Assembly (NCBI GenBank): GCA_043228905.1
Contig: JBHGNT010000014.1
Span: 4,154,001-4,218,000, forward strand
DNA: 64,000 nt
Source: Azolla caroliniana
Lineage: Eukaryota; Plantae; Polypodiophyta
Reading direction: 5' to 3'
In this document: positions 49,140 through 61,702 of the stretch, piece after piece
Layout: each line of letters starts with the position of its first letter
Numbering within the stretch: position 1 is the first letter of the stretch
Program-made: the position numbers and the translations under genes
The notes under the pieces: model-generated
Database searches by the model: none
The model's input: the letters and a program-made list of their open reading frames with translations, nothing else
Told to the model about the DNA's origin: nothing

Positions 49140-52100
49140 TGTCGTGCCTTTCGGCTCTGGATCGTTGCGTGAGTCGGGTGGGAACCACTGAGGTCTTGGA
49201 CTAGGAGAAAGAAGAATATGAGATAAGGCTAGTAATGAATAGGTAGAAGAGAGGTAAGTTATGAATCTCGTGAATCCCACGAGTTTAGTGTATTTAATCA
49301 ATATTTAGATAGTAAGAGACAATTTAGATGATAAATTCGTGAATCCCATGAATATATTAGATTGATCCTTCCTTGTAAAACAAATCAACCCCCAAATACA
49401 TCTTTCTCTCTTCCTTATATAGTGATGGAAGAGGCTAAGCATAGCTTCATGCTTTTTCTAAAGTGTTCATGTACACTAAATGTGCATGAGTCATTTTTTA
49501 TTGGTGTACATTTTTCTTATAAATAAAGTATTCACGCATTCTAAAAATGCATGAATTACTTTTTAATAAAGGTAGGCGTAAATAAAGGTCTTATACGTAT
49601 TAAATCTATATTCAGAACACTTAGGATAAGTTAGTACAATGGTAAGGTTGGGGTTTGTCTACATGGAGGTATAGGGTTCAAATCTTGCCCTATGCACATA
49701 ATAAATATTTTCTTCTATTTTACAAATTTGTCTCTTCATCCGGTTCTCACCGGTTCTCCTTACCGGGTCCCATCCTTGCCGATTCCTCCTTCATCCGGTT
49801 CTCCTTACCAAGTCCCATCCTTGCCGATTCCTCCTTCATCTAGTTCTCACCGGTTCTCCTTACCGGGTCCCATCCGGAGGAACAAAAAAGGCAATTTTCA
49901 TGTAGTGTGCGAATTACACTACGACACTCGCCCCCTCCAAACCTACACATCCTCCAGTATGTGCCGAAGTTCTCGATGCTCATTATTCGCCCTCATCCGT
50001 AGCACTCTCCGATTCTCCCCTTATGTCGACTACGAGTTGAAGTCCACTTTCTTCGCTTTCCGCATCAGCACGATCTTTGTCCGGTTGCTCCTTGTTGTTG
50101 GTCTTGTCTAGGGTTACATGGGGCTCGTCGTCAGTTTGCTTCTTGAAGATCTTTACACGTTTCCCCGCTATAGGCACTCGTAGTATCGTTCCATCCAACT
50201 CGCATAGTCGGTAAGTTCCATTGTCGAAAACTTTCGGAACTTCGTATGGACCAAACCACCTTTACGTGAACTTCCGTATCGTTGTATGTTGATGATCCAA
50301 ACTACTGTCATAGACAATCACCCAATCTCCTTCTTCAATCTTCCGTGGTCGTAGTCGATGCTTTGTATCCAACCGGCTTTTGTTCTGGAATCGCGCTTCT
50401 TGTTGTCGGCGTGTTGCTTCCGCTATGTCTTCCGATCTTCCCTCTAGTTGTCGTATCCGGACCGCTAGTAGCTCTTCCCGGCTCATCTCTTCCTTCCACG
50501 GTAGCATTGTCCACGTTGCGATCACGGTTTCCGTCGGCATTACCGGTGCTTGTCCGGTCATAAGTTCTGTCGGCATATAACCGGTTACGGAGCTATGCAT
50601 CATCCGATCTGCCCATAGTGCATACGGGAGCATCTGCGGCCAATCCTTCACCCTTTCGTCGCATGCTTTGGCAAGTGCTTTGATGATCGGACTATGTCCT
50701 CGTTCGATTTTCCCGTTGGCCTTCGGATTGTATGCCGTTGTTAGTGTTAACCGAACTCCATGTTTGGTGAAGAATTCCCTAGCTTTATCAGAGTCGAGTT
50801 CTCCCCGATCCGCAATCACTTGTCCTATGCACCCGTACCTGCAAAACACCTCTTCCAAAAGAAATTGGCATACCACAGAACACGTTTTCCTTCGTAGCGC
50901 CCGACCTTCTACTTGGTTTGTAAGATCTTCCCGAGCTAACACCATGTACTTCTTTTGTCCGATCCCGGTTGGCATGGCTACAATGTCTACCATCCATTTG
51001 AAGTTGATTGTCGGTGAGAATGTTGGATGTAACTCATCGGTGTCGAACTTCGGAGTAGATTTGACACTTCTCGCAACTTTCCGTGAACTCTACTATATCT
51101 TTGTACATGTTCTTCCACCAATATTTTTTTTGATTTTCACAAAAGTTACCCATGTTCCTCGATGTCCAGCCCAATCGGATTCGTGAAACTCGGACATTAT
51201 CCGGTTTCGTTTCTATTTTGTCCCGACTACCCAAAGTGGTATGCCATCCGGTCTTTTCGGCTCCCTCCATATTAATCCATTTTTCAAGAAGAACTTTCGG
51301 ACTTGCCGCTTCTTGCTTCGGATCTCGGCTCTCTTCTCTTTATTGTCCGATGATTCCTCGATTTCCTGTAGCACTTTCCCGATCAACAAGCTTTCCCCCT
51401 CATATTCTTCTTCCCGGAATTCTCGGATTACGTTCACCCGACATATGTGCTCCGAAGCAAAGTAGTCTTCGGAAACTTCTTCATTATCGGATTCGGTTAT
51501 GTCATCTTCGAACTGCGCCCTTGATAGCATATCCGCTACTGCGTTGTCTTTTCCGGAGATGTGTCGTACCTCCGGATTAAGTGACTTAACATATGCAATC
51601 CACCTTAACATAGCCACATCCGGTATCGTGCAACACCGCATCATCCCGAGTATCGGAAGACAATCCATTTTGATCACTACTTCGGCTCTGATCAAATAAT
51701 CTAGATCCGATTTGATTGCCGACATGACTCCCCATAATTCTCTTTTGACTTGTGCATATCCGCGTTGCCTTTCGTTGAGAACCTTTGCTCCAAATCGGAT
51801 CGGATATTGCAAACCATCCGAGTCGGCTTGATTGATGACCCATCCGATCCCGGTTGGACTTTTATCAACCGTTACTATGATCGGTCGCTCATAGCTCGAC
51901 TTCTTAAGTGCTTCAACCCTCCGTAGTGTTTTCTTGAGCTTCTTCATGGCTTTGGTGGGTTCCGGTTTCCATTCGAACTTCTTCCCCTTCTGCAATAAGT
52001 GATAGAGTGGGTCCACAATATGTGCATAGTGCGGAATCCATATGTGATAAAATGCACAAGCTCCAAGAAACCTTCAGACTTCGGATTGTGACTCGCATAC

Positions 52101-52856
52101 TTCTTTCATAGCTTGAATCGCATCGATCTTGGTTGGTGAAGGTCTTCGGCCGTAGGGTTCACATAGATGTCCGACTACCAATATTTCTTCTTGCCTGAAT
52201 GCCGATTTCTCCCCGGAAAATGTTAGGTGAACATCTTCTAACTTTTGAAGCACTTTCTCGCAATCACGAATATGGTCAACTACGAACTTTCGGCATCCCC
52301 GATCATCCATAGTTTCATCTTTTTCTTCTACCACGCATCCTTTCATCGGAATGTCATCGAGGAACGACATCGTTATCTCCTGAATGCAATCTCGAAGCAC
52401 CTTGTTCATCGTGTTCATCATATGTGCAACCGAGTTTGTCTCTCCTTGTGGTAGTGTGCACATTCGGACTAATCCTATCGGTGTCTGCATGGTAGTGATG
52501 TCTCGGCTCTCCACGGCTAGTTGGAATTGGTCATACCCCGAGTATAGGTCTCCGATGGAGTATATCGCACGACCGGCAAATACTTCCACAAATTCGTCCA
52601 CTATATCGGACCGACCCCAGAGTTCCGGATCATGACCTAGTTCACTGGTTGCAAGTCTTGGATAAATCGGAGTGACCCATTCTTCTTCGGAACCGTAAAC
52701 CATCGATTTGAGTACGGAGCATTTGATGGCTCTAGAATCCCCATCACCACCTTCTCCTTGAGCAAGTTGATGATTTTGGGAATATGTACCCGCGGCACCG
52801 GAATCGGCTTCAGGTTCCACGACACATGGTCAATAGTGAAGATCACCATCGACTCC
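49140..52856 (-). mobile_element. Ty3/gypsy element 3 (3' LTR 49140-49926, integrase, RNase H, RT), related to element 2 and cut by a copia insertion
   Basis: LTR and pol are homologous to 39564-46050. SFLDD motif. Flank CCGT. The 5' half is not present in the window. Confidence 0.92.
49625..49696 (+). ncRNA. tRNA-like Pol III cassette in gypsy LTR (copy 4, diverged)
   Basis: A box TAGTACAATGG, B box GGTTCAAATC, same spacing as the other copies. Confidence 0.5.
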
Positions 52857-55800
52857 TGTAGAAAGTAACGTGCGGAAGCAAGTATGAAGACCGAACAAAA
52901 GGAAGGAAACTCAAGTTCAATGGAGAGCTTGAGCTTAAGCGGTATACGCGGGAGAGACAGAGAGAGTGAGAGAGAAGACACAAAAAACTATATTCAACAA
53001 TAATACTCAGTCTGTACATAAGACGTGCTCAGTGAACACTTTTATACAAGTCCTAGAAGGACTGACCGAAGTACTGACAATACTTCAATGCTCATCAAGA
53101 GCTCCTACACTAACTCCCAAATATATTCCTCACGGAATATCTTTCCTAACGACCTCCTGGTTTACGCACTCGGCCTAACCGATCGGTCCCAACCGATCCG
53201 GTCCTCGGCTTCTTCAACCGAACTGGCCGATGTTGAGCTTGTCTCTCAACACTCCCCCTCAAGCTCAACTCGAGGCTCTTCGGGATCCTCGGGCTCACAA
53301 CTCCGGTTCCTCCTGGCTTCACGCCTCGCTTGCGCTCCTCGACTTGTTCGACTCCGCGCGCTTCGACCCTTCCGGTCGGCTTGTCTGCTCATGCGGCCCT
53401 TATCAGCTCTTCTGCTGTTGCGGTGTCGACACTTCTTTTGTTGCCTTTTCTTCCACTTGGGCCTTTGTTGATTCAACGTGTTTGAATCAAACATCCGAAC
53501 TGACTTGGCTACCTCCGATCGGTTTTCGCTCTTGTCCAAGTTGGCTGTCTCCAACTCGTCTTCGGTCTTCTCGCCCTCGATGGCGTCATCTTCCCCATGC
53601 ATGGTTGGCTTCGGCTCTCTCCTTCGGTTGCTCCCCTTCTGTCTGCTTCCGAACTTTTCCGCGGGTCTGCCCTCGGCTTCTTCAGCCGATCCGAAGTCGA
53701 ACTTGTCAACCGACTCAGTGTCACGGTCTCCGCTCCTTTCCTGCTGCCTTGCTTGGTCGTTCGGGACTGTTCTCCCCCTCAAGTTCGGCACGTCAAGGTG
53801 ACGCAATCCGAGCGCACCTGAGAATTGCCGCAACTTGTCCAGACCAAGAGGCTTGGTGAAGATGTCGGTAGCCTGCCGATCCGTCGGAACGTACTGAAGT
53901 TCGACTTCATCGGAAAGGATACGCTCACGGACGAAATGGTAGTGCACCTCAATGTGCTTGGTCCGTGCGTGGAAAACGGGGTTTTTTGCAAGCTGGATGC
54001 TGCTGAGGTTGTCGCAGTAGATCGTCGTCGGATCGGACACCTCCTCTTGCAGGTCCTTAAGTAGCCGCTTCAACCATATGGCTTCGCATGTCGCGACAGC
54101 CGCTCCTCGGTACTCCGCTTCGGTGCTCGACAGTGCAACTGTCGGCTGCTTCTTACTGGTCCACGCGATCGTGGCACTCCTGAGGGAGAACGCGTATCCG
54201 GACGTGGATCGGCGATCGGCGGCGTTGCCATCCCAATCAGCATCGTGTAGCTGACTAACTGCGTGGCTGCACCGGTCCGATATAGTAGTCCCCGGTCCTT
54301 AGTGCCGTTGACATACCGAAGTATGCGTTGCGCACACTGAAGGTGCTCCTCGGTAGGTCGCGCCATGAACTGACTGATCACCCCGCCCGGATAACTGAGG
54401 TCGGGTCGGGTGATGGTCAAGTATATGAGGCTTCCAACAATTTGTCGGAACCTCGTCGGGTCGCATACCTTTCCCGTATCGGAACGAAGCTTGATGGTTC
54501 TGTCCAGAGGAGTCGAGACGGACTTACAGTCGGCCATCCCAAATTTGAAGAGCATACTTAGCACGTAATGACGTTGGCTGATCAATATGCCTTCGGGGGT
54601 ACGGACCACTTCGATCCCGAGGAAGTAATGAAGGTCCCCCAGATCCTTCATGTCGAACGATGCCGCAAGCTGGAGCTTCACGTGGTCGATTTCACCTAGG
54701 TTGGCGCCGGTGATGACCAAGTCATCAACATATAGTAGAATACTAACCGGTCCGAGTCGACCTTTCCGAATGAATAGGGAAGAGTCCGATTTTGACGTGA
54801 CGAAGCCCATCCGACGCAGTTGTTGCGTGATCTTCGCGTTCCAGGCACGCGAGGCTTGCTTCAGTTCGTAAAGGGACTTCTTCAGTCGGCATATTGCCGA
54901 GGAGTTTGTTCCGGAGGGAAATCCGGGGGGCTGTACCATGTACACTTGTTCCTCAAGGTCACCTTGTAGGAACGCATTCTTTACATCCATTTGATGTAAG
55001 TGCCACCCCTTGGCCGCGGCTACTGCGAGCAAAACACGGACGGTCGTCATTTTCGCGATCGACGCAAATGTCTCATCGTAGTCGATGCCGTGCTTCTGCG
55101 CGTAGCCCTTTGCCACTAGTCGAGCCTTGTACTGGTTGACCGAGCCATCGGTGTTGTACTTGACCTTGTACACCCACCTACACCCGATCGGTTTTACCCC
55201 TCTTGGTGCGTCAACCAGGTTCCAGGTCTCGTTCTCTGCCAATGCGTGCATCTCTTCCTCCATCGCGGCACGCCAATTCGCGTCTTTAGCCGCTTCTGCA
55301 TAGCTCTCCGGCTCACGCAATTCCGCTACACGGGTCATGTACGCATAATGATGCGCCATGTACTCGTTGTATCCGAACCGCACAACTGGGTTCTTTTGGC
55401 GGGTAGATCGGCGTAATCTCACATTAGCCGATGTCGAGGCCTTCTCGGTGGACGCGGTCTTCATCTTTAAAGACCTGTCACCGGTTCCCTCGGAGTCGGA
55501 CTCGTGTCCGTCTGACTCGTTCCTTTCCGTGCCAGAATCCGACACCTTCTTCTTCCCTTTCTCTTTGCGCGTAAGCCGTCTCCTCGGCTTCCTACGCGGG
55601 GAATGCACGGCCGAGTCTCCACTACTCGCCGACTCTTCATCGGACTGGTCGTACCGACTCAGTCGTCCAATCGGTCCACTTAACCGGAGTGAAATCAGAC
55701 TCTCTTCGCGGGTCTCGATTTCGGGCTCATCCGGAGGCATCTCGGCCTCGCTGACCTCATCGTCAGAGCTCGGATTGGAGTCAAGGTTCGTAGTCGGGGG

Positions 55801-56073
55801 CAGGTACTAGGATGCGGACTCGTCAAACACAACGTCGCGGCTGACACGCGCTTGTTTGGTGTGAGGGTTATAACACTTATAACCCTTCTGCTCGTCTGAG
55901 TAACCGACCAAGATGCATTTCTCGGCCTTTGCGTCCAACTTCCTCCTTTTCTCCTTCGGTATATGCACATACGCAATGCTACCGAACACCCTCAAGTGTC
56001 GCAAGTTCGGCTTCGTTCCGAAATATAGCTCGTGCGCTGACACTTTGTCTCCGATCCGGTTCTGGATGTATAC
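52857..56073 (-). mobile_element. Ty1/copia element, 3' part (integrase end, RT, RNase H, PPT, 3' LTR 52857-53251)
   Basis: [78 protein letters not shown]...TTTCTACA. Confidence 0.93.
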
Positions 56074-56771
56074 CTGGGTCTCACTATTGAAGACGAAGGA
56101 CCGGGTATTATCCGTCTTCAAGGATCTCCACGCGAGAGTGGAGAGGGAAACCGATCAGAAGTTGAAGGCGATTCGAACGGACAATGGAGGCGAGACGAGG
56201 GGGCCGTTCGAGGAGTATTGCCAGTTGAAGGGAATCCGACGCGAGTTCACTGTGCTGAAGGCATTGGAGGCTAACAGATTGGCCGAAAGGATGAACTAGA
56301 TTGTGATGGAGAGAGTAAGGAGCATGCTAGCACATGCTAAGTTGCCCAAGACGTTCTGGGTTGAGGCGCTAATGATAGCGATGTACGTGATAAACAGATC
56401 ACCCTCAACACCTTTGGACGGAGACGCACCATAGAGAGTATGGACCGGTAAAGACGTGTCTTACTGACACTTGAAGGTGTTCGACTGTGTCGCCTATGTA
56501 CATGTAGCAAAGGACAAGCAAGAAAAATTGGATCTGAAGTCCCGACCATGCATATTCCTTGGGTATGGCAATGATGAGTTTGACTACCGAGTGTGGGACT
56601 TGGTCGAGACATAGTCTTCATGGAAGACAAGACCATTGCCAACTGGGAGTCGGAGAAGAAGAAAATAGATTCCTGGTCGATCAACAGAGATTGGTTGAAG
56701 GATGTAACCACCCATTCGGCCGGAAGCCGGATGACACTTTTTAACAATCGGCCAGTTTTGGACAAGGAACA
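56074..56771 (+). pseudogene. Tnt1-like copia integrase fragment
   Basis: WVSLLKTKD..ERETDQKLKAIRTDNGGE..NRLAERMN..RSMLAHAKLPKTFW..VINRSP..KLDLKSRPCIFLGY. Contains stops. Confidence 0.88.
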
Positions 56772-57133
56772 TGTTGAGCGGCAACCTCAAGTGGATCCGG
56801 ATTTGCTGAATAAGCCTGAGCCGGATCGACATCCAGAAGGTTGAGCCCGATCGGGGAGTAAATGAGCCGGTGAGCTGCGGAGCCGGTTAGCCGGATCCAA
56901 CAGTAATTGGAAACCTAGTAGTTGCCTAGACTACTAGGTAGTTAATGTCTCGTAGTTAGTGTCAGACGCTCGTGTGAGCATTGAAGTATACCATACTTCT
57001 GTCAGTCCTCTTAGGACTTGTATAAATAGTGTTGTTGAGCATGTTGTATATACAGAGAATTTTATAGAGTTGTTGAGAATAGATTTGAGTAATTCTGCTC
57101 TTTCTCTGTCTCTCCTGCATACCTTCTATGTCT

Positions 57134-57180
<47 letters not shown>

Positions 57181-58409
57181 GCTATCCGGCTAAGCGGTTG
57201 TCGGACGCTTCCGCACCTTCGTTTTTACATGGTATCAGAGCACGAGGGTTGAGAACCTCTACAGCCGACATCAGCATCTGAAGACAAACCCTAAGACCCG
57301 GTAAGAACAGAAAGAGAAGTGATGGACAGAGGAATGGCTAGCTCGCTCCCGATGGAGAAGCTCGACAGATCCAACTATGCATCTTGGTCATACAAGATGC
57401 ACTAGTACCTGCTTGGGCATGGTTATTGGAGTTATGTCGACGGAGCTAACGACACAACACCTGATGCGGCACACAAGGACTTCCCAGTGTGGGAACAAGC
57501 GGCAAGCAAAGTGATATACTGCTTTGCGTCTAGTGTCGGAGACCAGCTGCTGAGCCATGTTCGAGATACCAAGACGCCAAAATAAGCTTGGGGAAACCTG
57601 AAGAAGGTTTTCGTGGCAAACACTACGGCCGAAGCTGCAACTCCGACAGGAGTTGAGCAATGTTCGACAAAAGGATATGTCGGTAGCCGATTACACAGCC
57701 CGAATCAAAGAGATCTGTGACTCACTTGCCTCTACCAACATCACTGTAGAGGAAGATGAGATGGTGCAAATCTGTCTTGGGGGCCTAGCGTCTAAGTTCA
57801 GAGCATTCCGAATGGCGGTATGTACAAGGGAGAATACGCCGTCATTTTTCGACTTACAGTTGATGCTCCTTGTAGAGGAGAACCACGTCGGTGTGTCAAC
57901 AAGTGCACCCACCGACTGCTGGATGCTGTGCATGGAGGTGGATCGGGCCCGTGGGCATGGTGGACGAGGCGGGTCAGCTCGCAATGGTAGCGGTCGGCAA
58001 GAGTAGGATAGAAAGCACAGAGATTGTGCCGACAGCAGTTCCGGACCCACAAGCAGGGGGAGTCAAGGCGGCGCCGGAGGCCGGCAAGCAAAGGCTGACA
58101 CGGAATGTTGGTATTGTGGTAAAAAGGGCCACAGATAAAGTGAGTGTTGGAAGAAGCACGCCGATTTGGACAGATCTGGATCCGGCAAGGCCGACCGAGA
58201 GAAATGGCAATACTTGCACTACGCAGAAGGATCGGGAAGATCCAAAACCAGAAAAGCCGGTAAAGGGCCAACCTTGGTGATGAAACATGAGGCTAACTCG
58301 ATGACGAAGACCACTTCCAAATCGGAGGACGTGTGGTACGTTGATTCTGGTGCGTCGAATCACATGACGAGCCACAAGGAGTGGTTATCTTTCTTGGAGA
58401 AACTGGAAC
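56772..58409 (+). mobile_element. Ty1/copia element, 5' part (LTR 56772-57229, PBS 57230-57241, gag, protease start)
   Basis: TGTTGAGCG...TTTTACA, TGGTATCAGAGC, knuckle CWYCGKKGHR*SEC, protease WYVDSGASNHMT. The LTR is related to that at 25127. Confidence 0.92.
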
Positions 58410-58692
58410 TGTTGAGAATCAAGCTCAACTTGGTCTGGTGTGTGAACTAACCTTGAGAGTGAAGAGACACTCCAACGGTCAAGAGTCACCATTATGTCAC
58501 CACTTTGTATTCTAGCATTTAGTATGAGTCATAGAATCATATTCTATGACACATAACTTATGACCTTTCACATTCCCCATGCTCCATGAGCCTTGTAGTT
58601 AATGAAGAGAGAGGGTGACTACATAAAGCACCCTCCTCCCACCTTGTATAGTGTTGGGTCTTTCTCCTTTGCTAATATACTTAACCTTGCGT

Positions 58693-58733
<41 letters not shown>

Positions 58734-59996
58734 CACACATACACACACAGTTCACACCTATTCCGCTTCACAAGAATCCATCTCTTGATTCTTTACATGG
58801 TATCAGAGCGATTTGGTAGCTCGATCTAGCCCATTCGCCTCATCGTGATCGTGTGTTGTGCTCTACGATGACGACCAAGAACCGGCTCATAGCTATCGTA
58901 GCTTCGCTACATAGCTCACATTCAAAGAGAGAAGAAGAAGAAGAAGAATCGACATAATGAATAATCAAATGGGGAGCGCTCTCCCTACCGAGAAGTTGGA
59001 TCGAAACAACTTCACATCTTGGGAGTACAAGATGCACCAATACCTTGTCGGACAAGGCTATTGGAGCTACATCAAAGGAGCGCATGAAGACCAACCCGCC
59101 GAAGCGGCTCCCAGATATGCGACATGGGAGCAAGCCGCAAGCCGCGTGATGTATTGTTTGGCGACATGTGTTCATGACCACATGCTCGGTTACATTCGAG
59201 AAGCCAAGACGCCTAAGGAAGCGTGAGAAAATCTACGAAAGATTTTCGCCGCCAACACGACCGCGAGGAAGCTTCAACTCCACCAAGAGTTGAACAACAT
59301 TCAACAAAGGGACACGTCCATCACGACATACACCTTAAAGATCAAGGAGCTTTGCCACTCGCTCGGCTCAATAAGCGTAAGTATAGATGATGATGAGATG
59401 GTGCAAATATGCCTCAACGGCCTCGCACCACGGTTCGGCGCGATGCGAACCGCCGTTCTAGCACAGGAGAAATCTCCCTCCTTCTTCGAGCTCCAATCAA
59501 TGCTATTGGTTGAAGAAAACCACGTGCGTACAAGGAGCAATGAGTCGGAAGGCCACATGCTCTACACGCACTCTAATGGAGGAAGAGGATGCAGACAAGT
59601 GAGAGGCCGATTCGGCCAAGGACAAGGCGGACGAGGTCCGACCTACGACGACAACTCCCAATTTCGGCCACAAAATGGAGGCCAACGAGGAACCTTCGAA
59701 AGAAGGGGGAGCTTCCACTCCGCCCCGAGCCGTCAAAACGCAACCGAATGCGGATATTGCGGAAAGCTCGGCCACCACGAAGAAGAGTGCCGAAAGAAGA
59801 TGCGTGAACCGGCTTCCACAAGCCGACAACTCACAAATTACGCACACAATTCCGACTACGAACAGTATAGCGGAATGTACGGGAACAACTCTGACTACGA
59901 AGATCGTGGCGGAATGTATGCATGCAACTCCGACCGGAGCAGAATGTTCATGATGAAACATAGAGAAAACTCTATGTCGGCCTCTACCTCAACTAG
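58410..59996 (+). mobile_element. Ty1/copia element, 5' part (LTR 58410-58797, PBS 58798-58809, gag), nested in the preceding copia
   Basis: TGTTGAGAA...CTTTACA, TGGTATCAGAGC. Gag at 58957-59996 with EKLDRNNFTSW and CGYCGKLGHHEEEC. Confidence 0.92.
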
Positions 59997-60004
59997 TGTC
60001 ATGA

Positions 60005-60072
60005 TATAGCAAGACTCGAACCCATGACCTTATGCTACATGGGTCGAGCTCTTACCATTAGACTATGAATTG
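60005..60072 (-). ncRNA. tRNA-like Pol III cassette at the U3 edge of the Tcn1-like LTR
   Basis: On the minus strand, A box TAGTCTAATGG (60065-60055) and B box GGTTCGAGTC (60022-60013), a 43-nt offset. Confidence 0.55.
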
Positions 60073-61646
60073 TAATTTGTAGGATATTATTTTCATTTAT
60101 GTTTTATCATAGAAAATTGATGTATATTCCAGATCTCTCTGGAACATTCTAGAAGCTTCAGGATTATTCCTAAAAACACTATAAAAGGAGGCACAAGGCA
60201 TTGTTTTGAACCAAATTAGTTCAACACCAGTCTTAAGCCTCTTAGCCGATTTGTACTTATTTTTCATATAATATAAGAGCTGCTGTCATCATCCTATCTA
60301 TCTCTCTCTCCCCTTGTCACTTCCTCTCTCTCGGGAATCTTACGCAGTCCCGTCCTCTTAGTACTAATAGTACTACTCTTCTTAGTACTAATTCCATCTC
60401 TGCTTTAGTACTATTCCTAACAGTTTGAACCAATTTCTTCCTCTTTCCTCCAGCCTACTTGTCGTTCTCCCTCATCCTCCTACCCTTTTCCCTCTACTAT
60501 GGCTATTGTTAGTGCCCAAGAATATCAATCCATTTTCTCCAAGTTACAGTGCCTAAAAGAAAAGTTTGTTGCCCTGGAACAAGAAAACCAACGGCTGATA
60601 GGGGATCTGCAACAAATTGCTCTAGAAAAGCAACAAACGCAACAACAACATGGGGAGTTAGCGTTACGGGTGCAACAACTCGAAGCGGCATTGTAACAAC
60701 AAGGATCAAGTCCCCAAGGATTTCATAAAGAGCCGAAGATTGGACTTCCTGTGAAATTTGATGGAACACGATCGCAATTCAGGGGATTCCTTAATCAGGT
60801 ACGATTAGTCCTCCAAATGCATCCTTCCCGATACCCAACTGATGCATCCCGAGTCGGCTTATTAATAGGCACGTTGCTTAACGGCTCAACCTTAGCATGG
60901 TTCGCTCCGCTTCTAGAAAAACAATCTCCCTTGCTTAATAACTTTGAAGATTTTATTAGTGAGTTCAAAGCCTGATTTGGAGACAACGACAACATCAGGA
61001 CAACGATCAACAAGATCTGGCGATTGCGTCAAGACGATCGTCCAGCCTCTGCCTACGCGGCGGATTTCCGCCTACTCGCTTCCGACATACCCTGGGATGA
61101 TCAAGCACTAATGGAGCAGTTTCGCTATGGCCTGCGAAATGATGTCAAAGATCTACTTCTAACCTTCCCCGAAGAACCAAAGTCTCTTACGGAGGCAATC
61201 AGTCGAGCGGTCCGATGTGACAACCGCCTCTTCGAACGGCGTTCGGAACGTCAATTACAGATACCACACGCTAGGCCGGAGTCCATTTACGCCGCAGTCG
61301 CTGCTAGACCGTTTGCACGAGACATACCTCAAGCAAATACTTCGACACCGATGGAGATCGATACAATGCGTCGACGCGGCCCATTATCGGAAGAAGAAAA
61401 GCAATGACGATGTGCAAATCGATTATGTCTTTATTGCGGTGGACCAAGGCATATCGCAATCAATTGTCCCCATAGGCCAAGAAGACAGGTAAAACAAATT
61501 GTAGCCTGTACTAAACCCGAGTCAATTCTTCCCTTAGGAGTGTCTGATAGTATTAATAGTACTAATAGAGTGTTTGATAGTATTCATAGTACTAATAGCC
61601 CAAGTATCTCAAATAAATTTGAAATCCTTAGTCTATTAGATGAAGA

Positions 61647-61702
61647 GTTAAACGATTGAGTCCAGCCAAAATAGGAGTCGTTTGGTTGGACAGCAACCCT
61701 AG
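61647..61702 (+). promoter_or_regulatory. Putative -1 ribosomal frameshift signal at the gag/pol junction (G UUA AAC + hairpin or pseudoknot)
   Basis: Gag ends GAG TTA AAC GAT TGA. A 6-nt spacer leads to an 11-bp stem GTCCAGCCAAA/TTTGGTTGGAC. The pol ORF (61656) is in the -1 frame. Confidence 0.75.

Noticed and set aside
29133-59961. Many antisense and alternative-frame ORFs overlapping gag/pol
   Set aside because: They are expected shadows of GC-richer TE coding sequence, with no motifs of their own.
60200-60440. Tf1-like self-priming structure for the Tcn1-like element
   Set aside because: No tRNA PBS is visible, but I could not fix the LTR end or find a convincing complementary pair.
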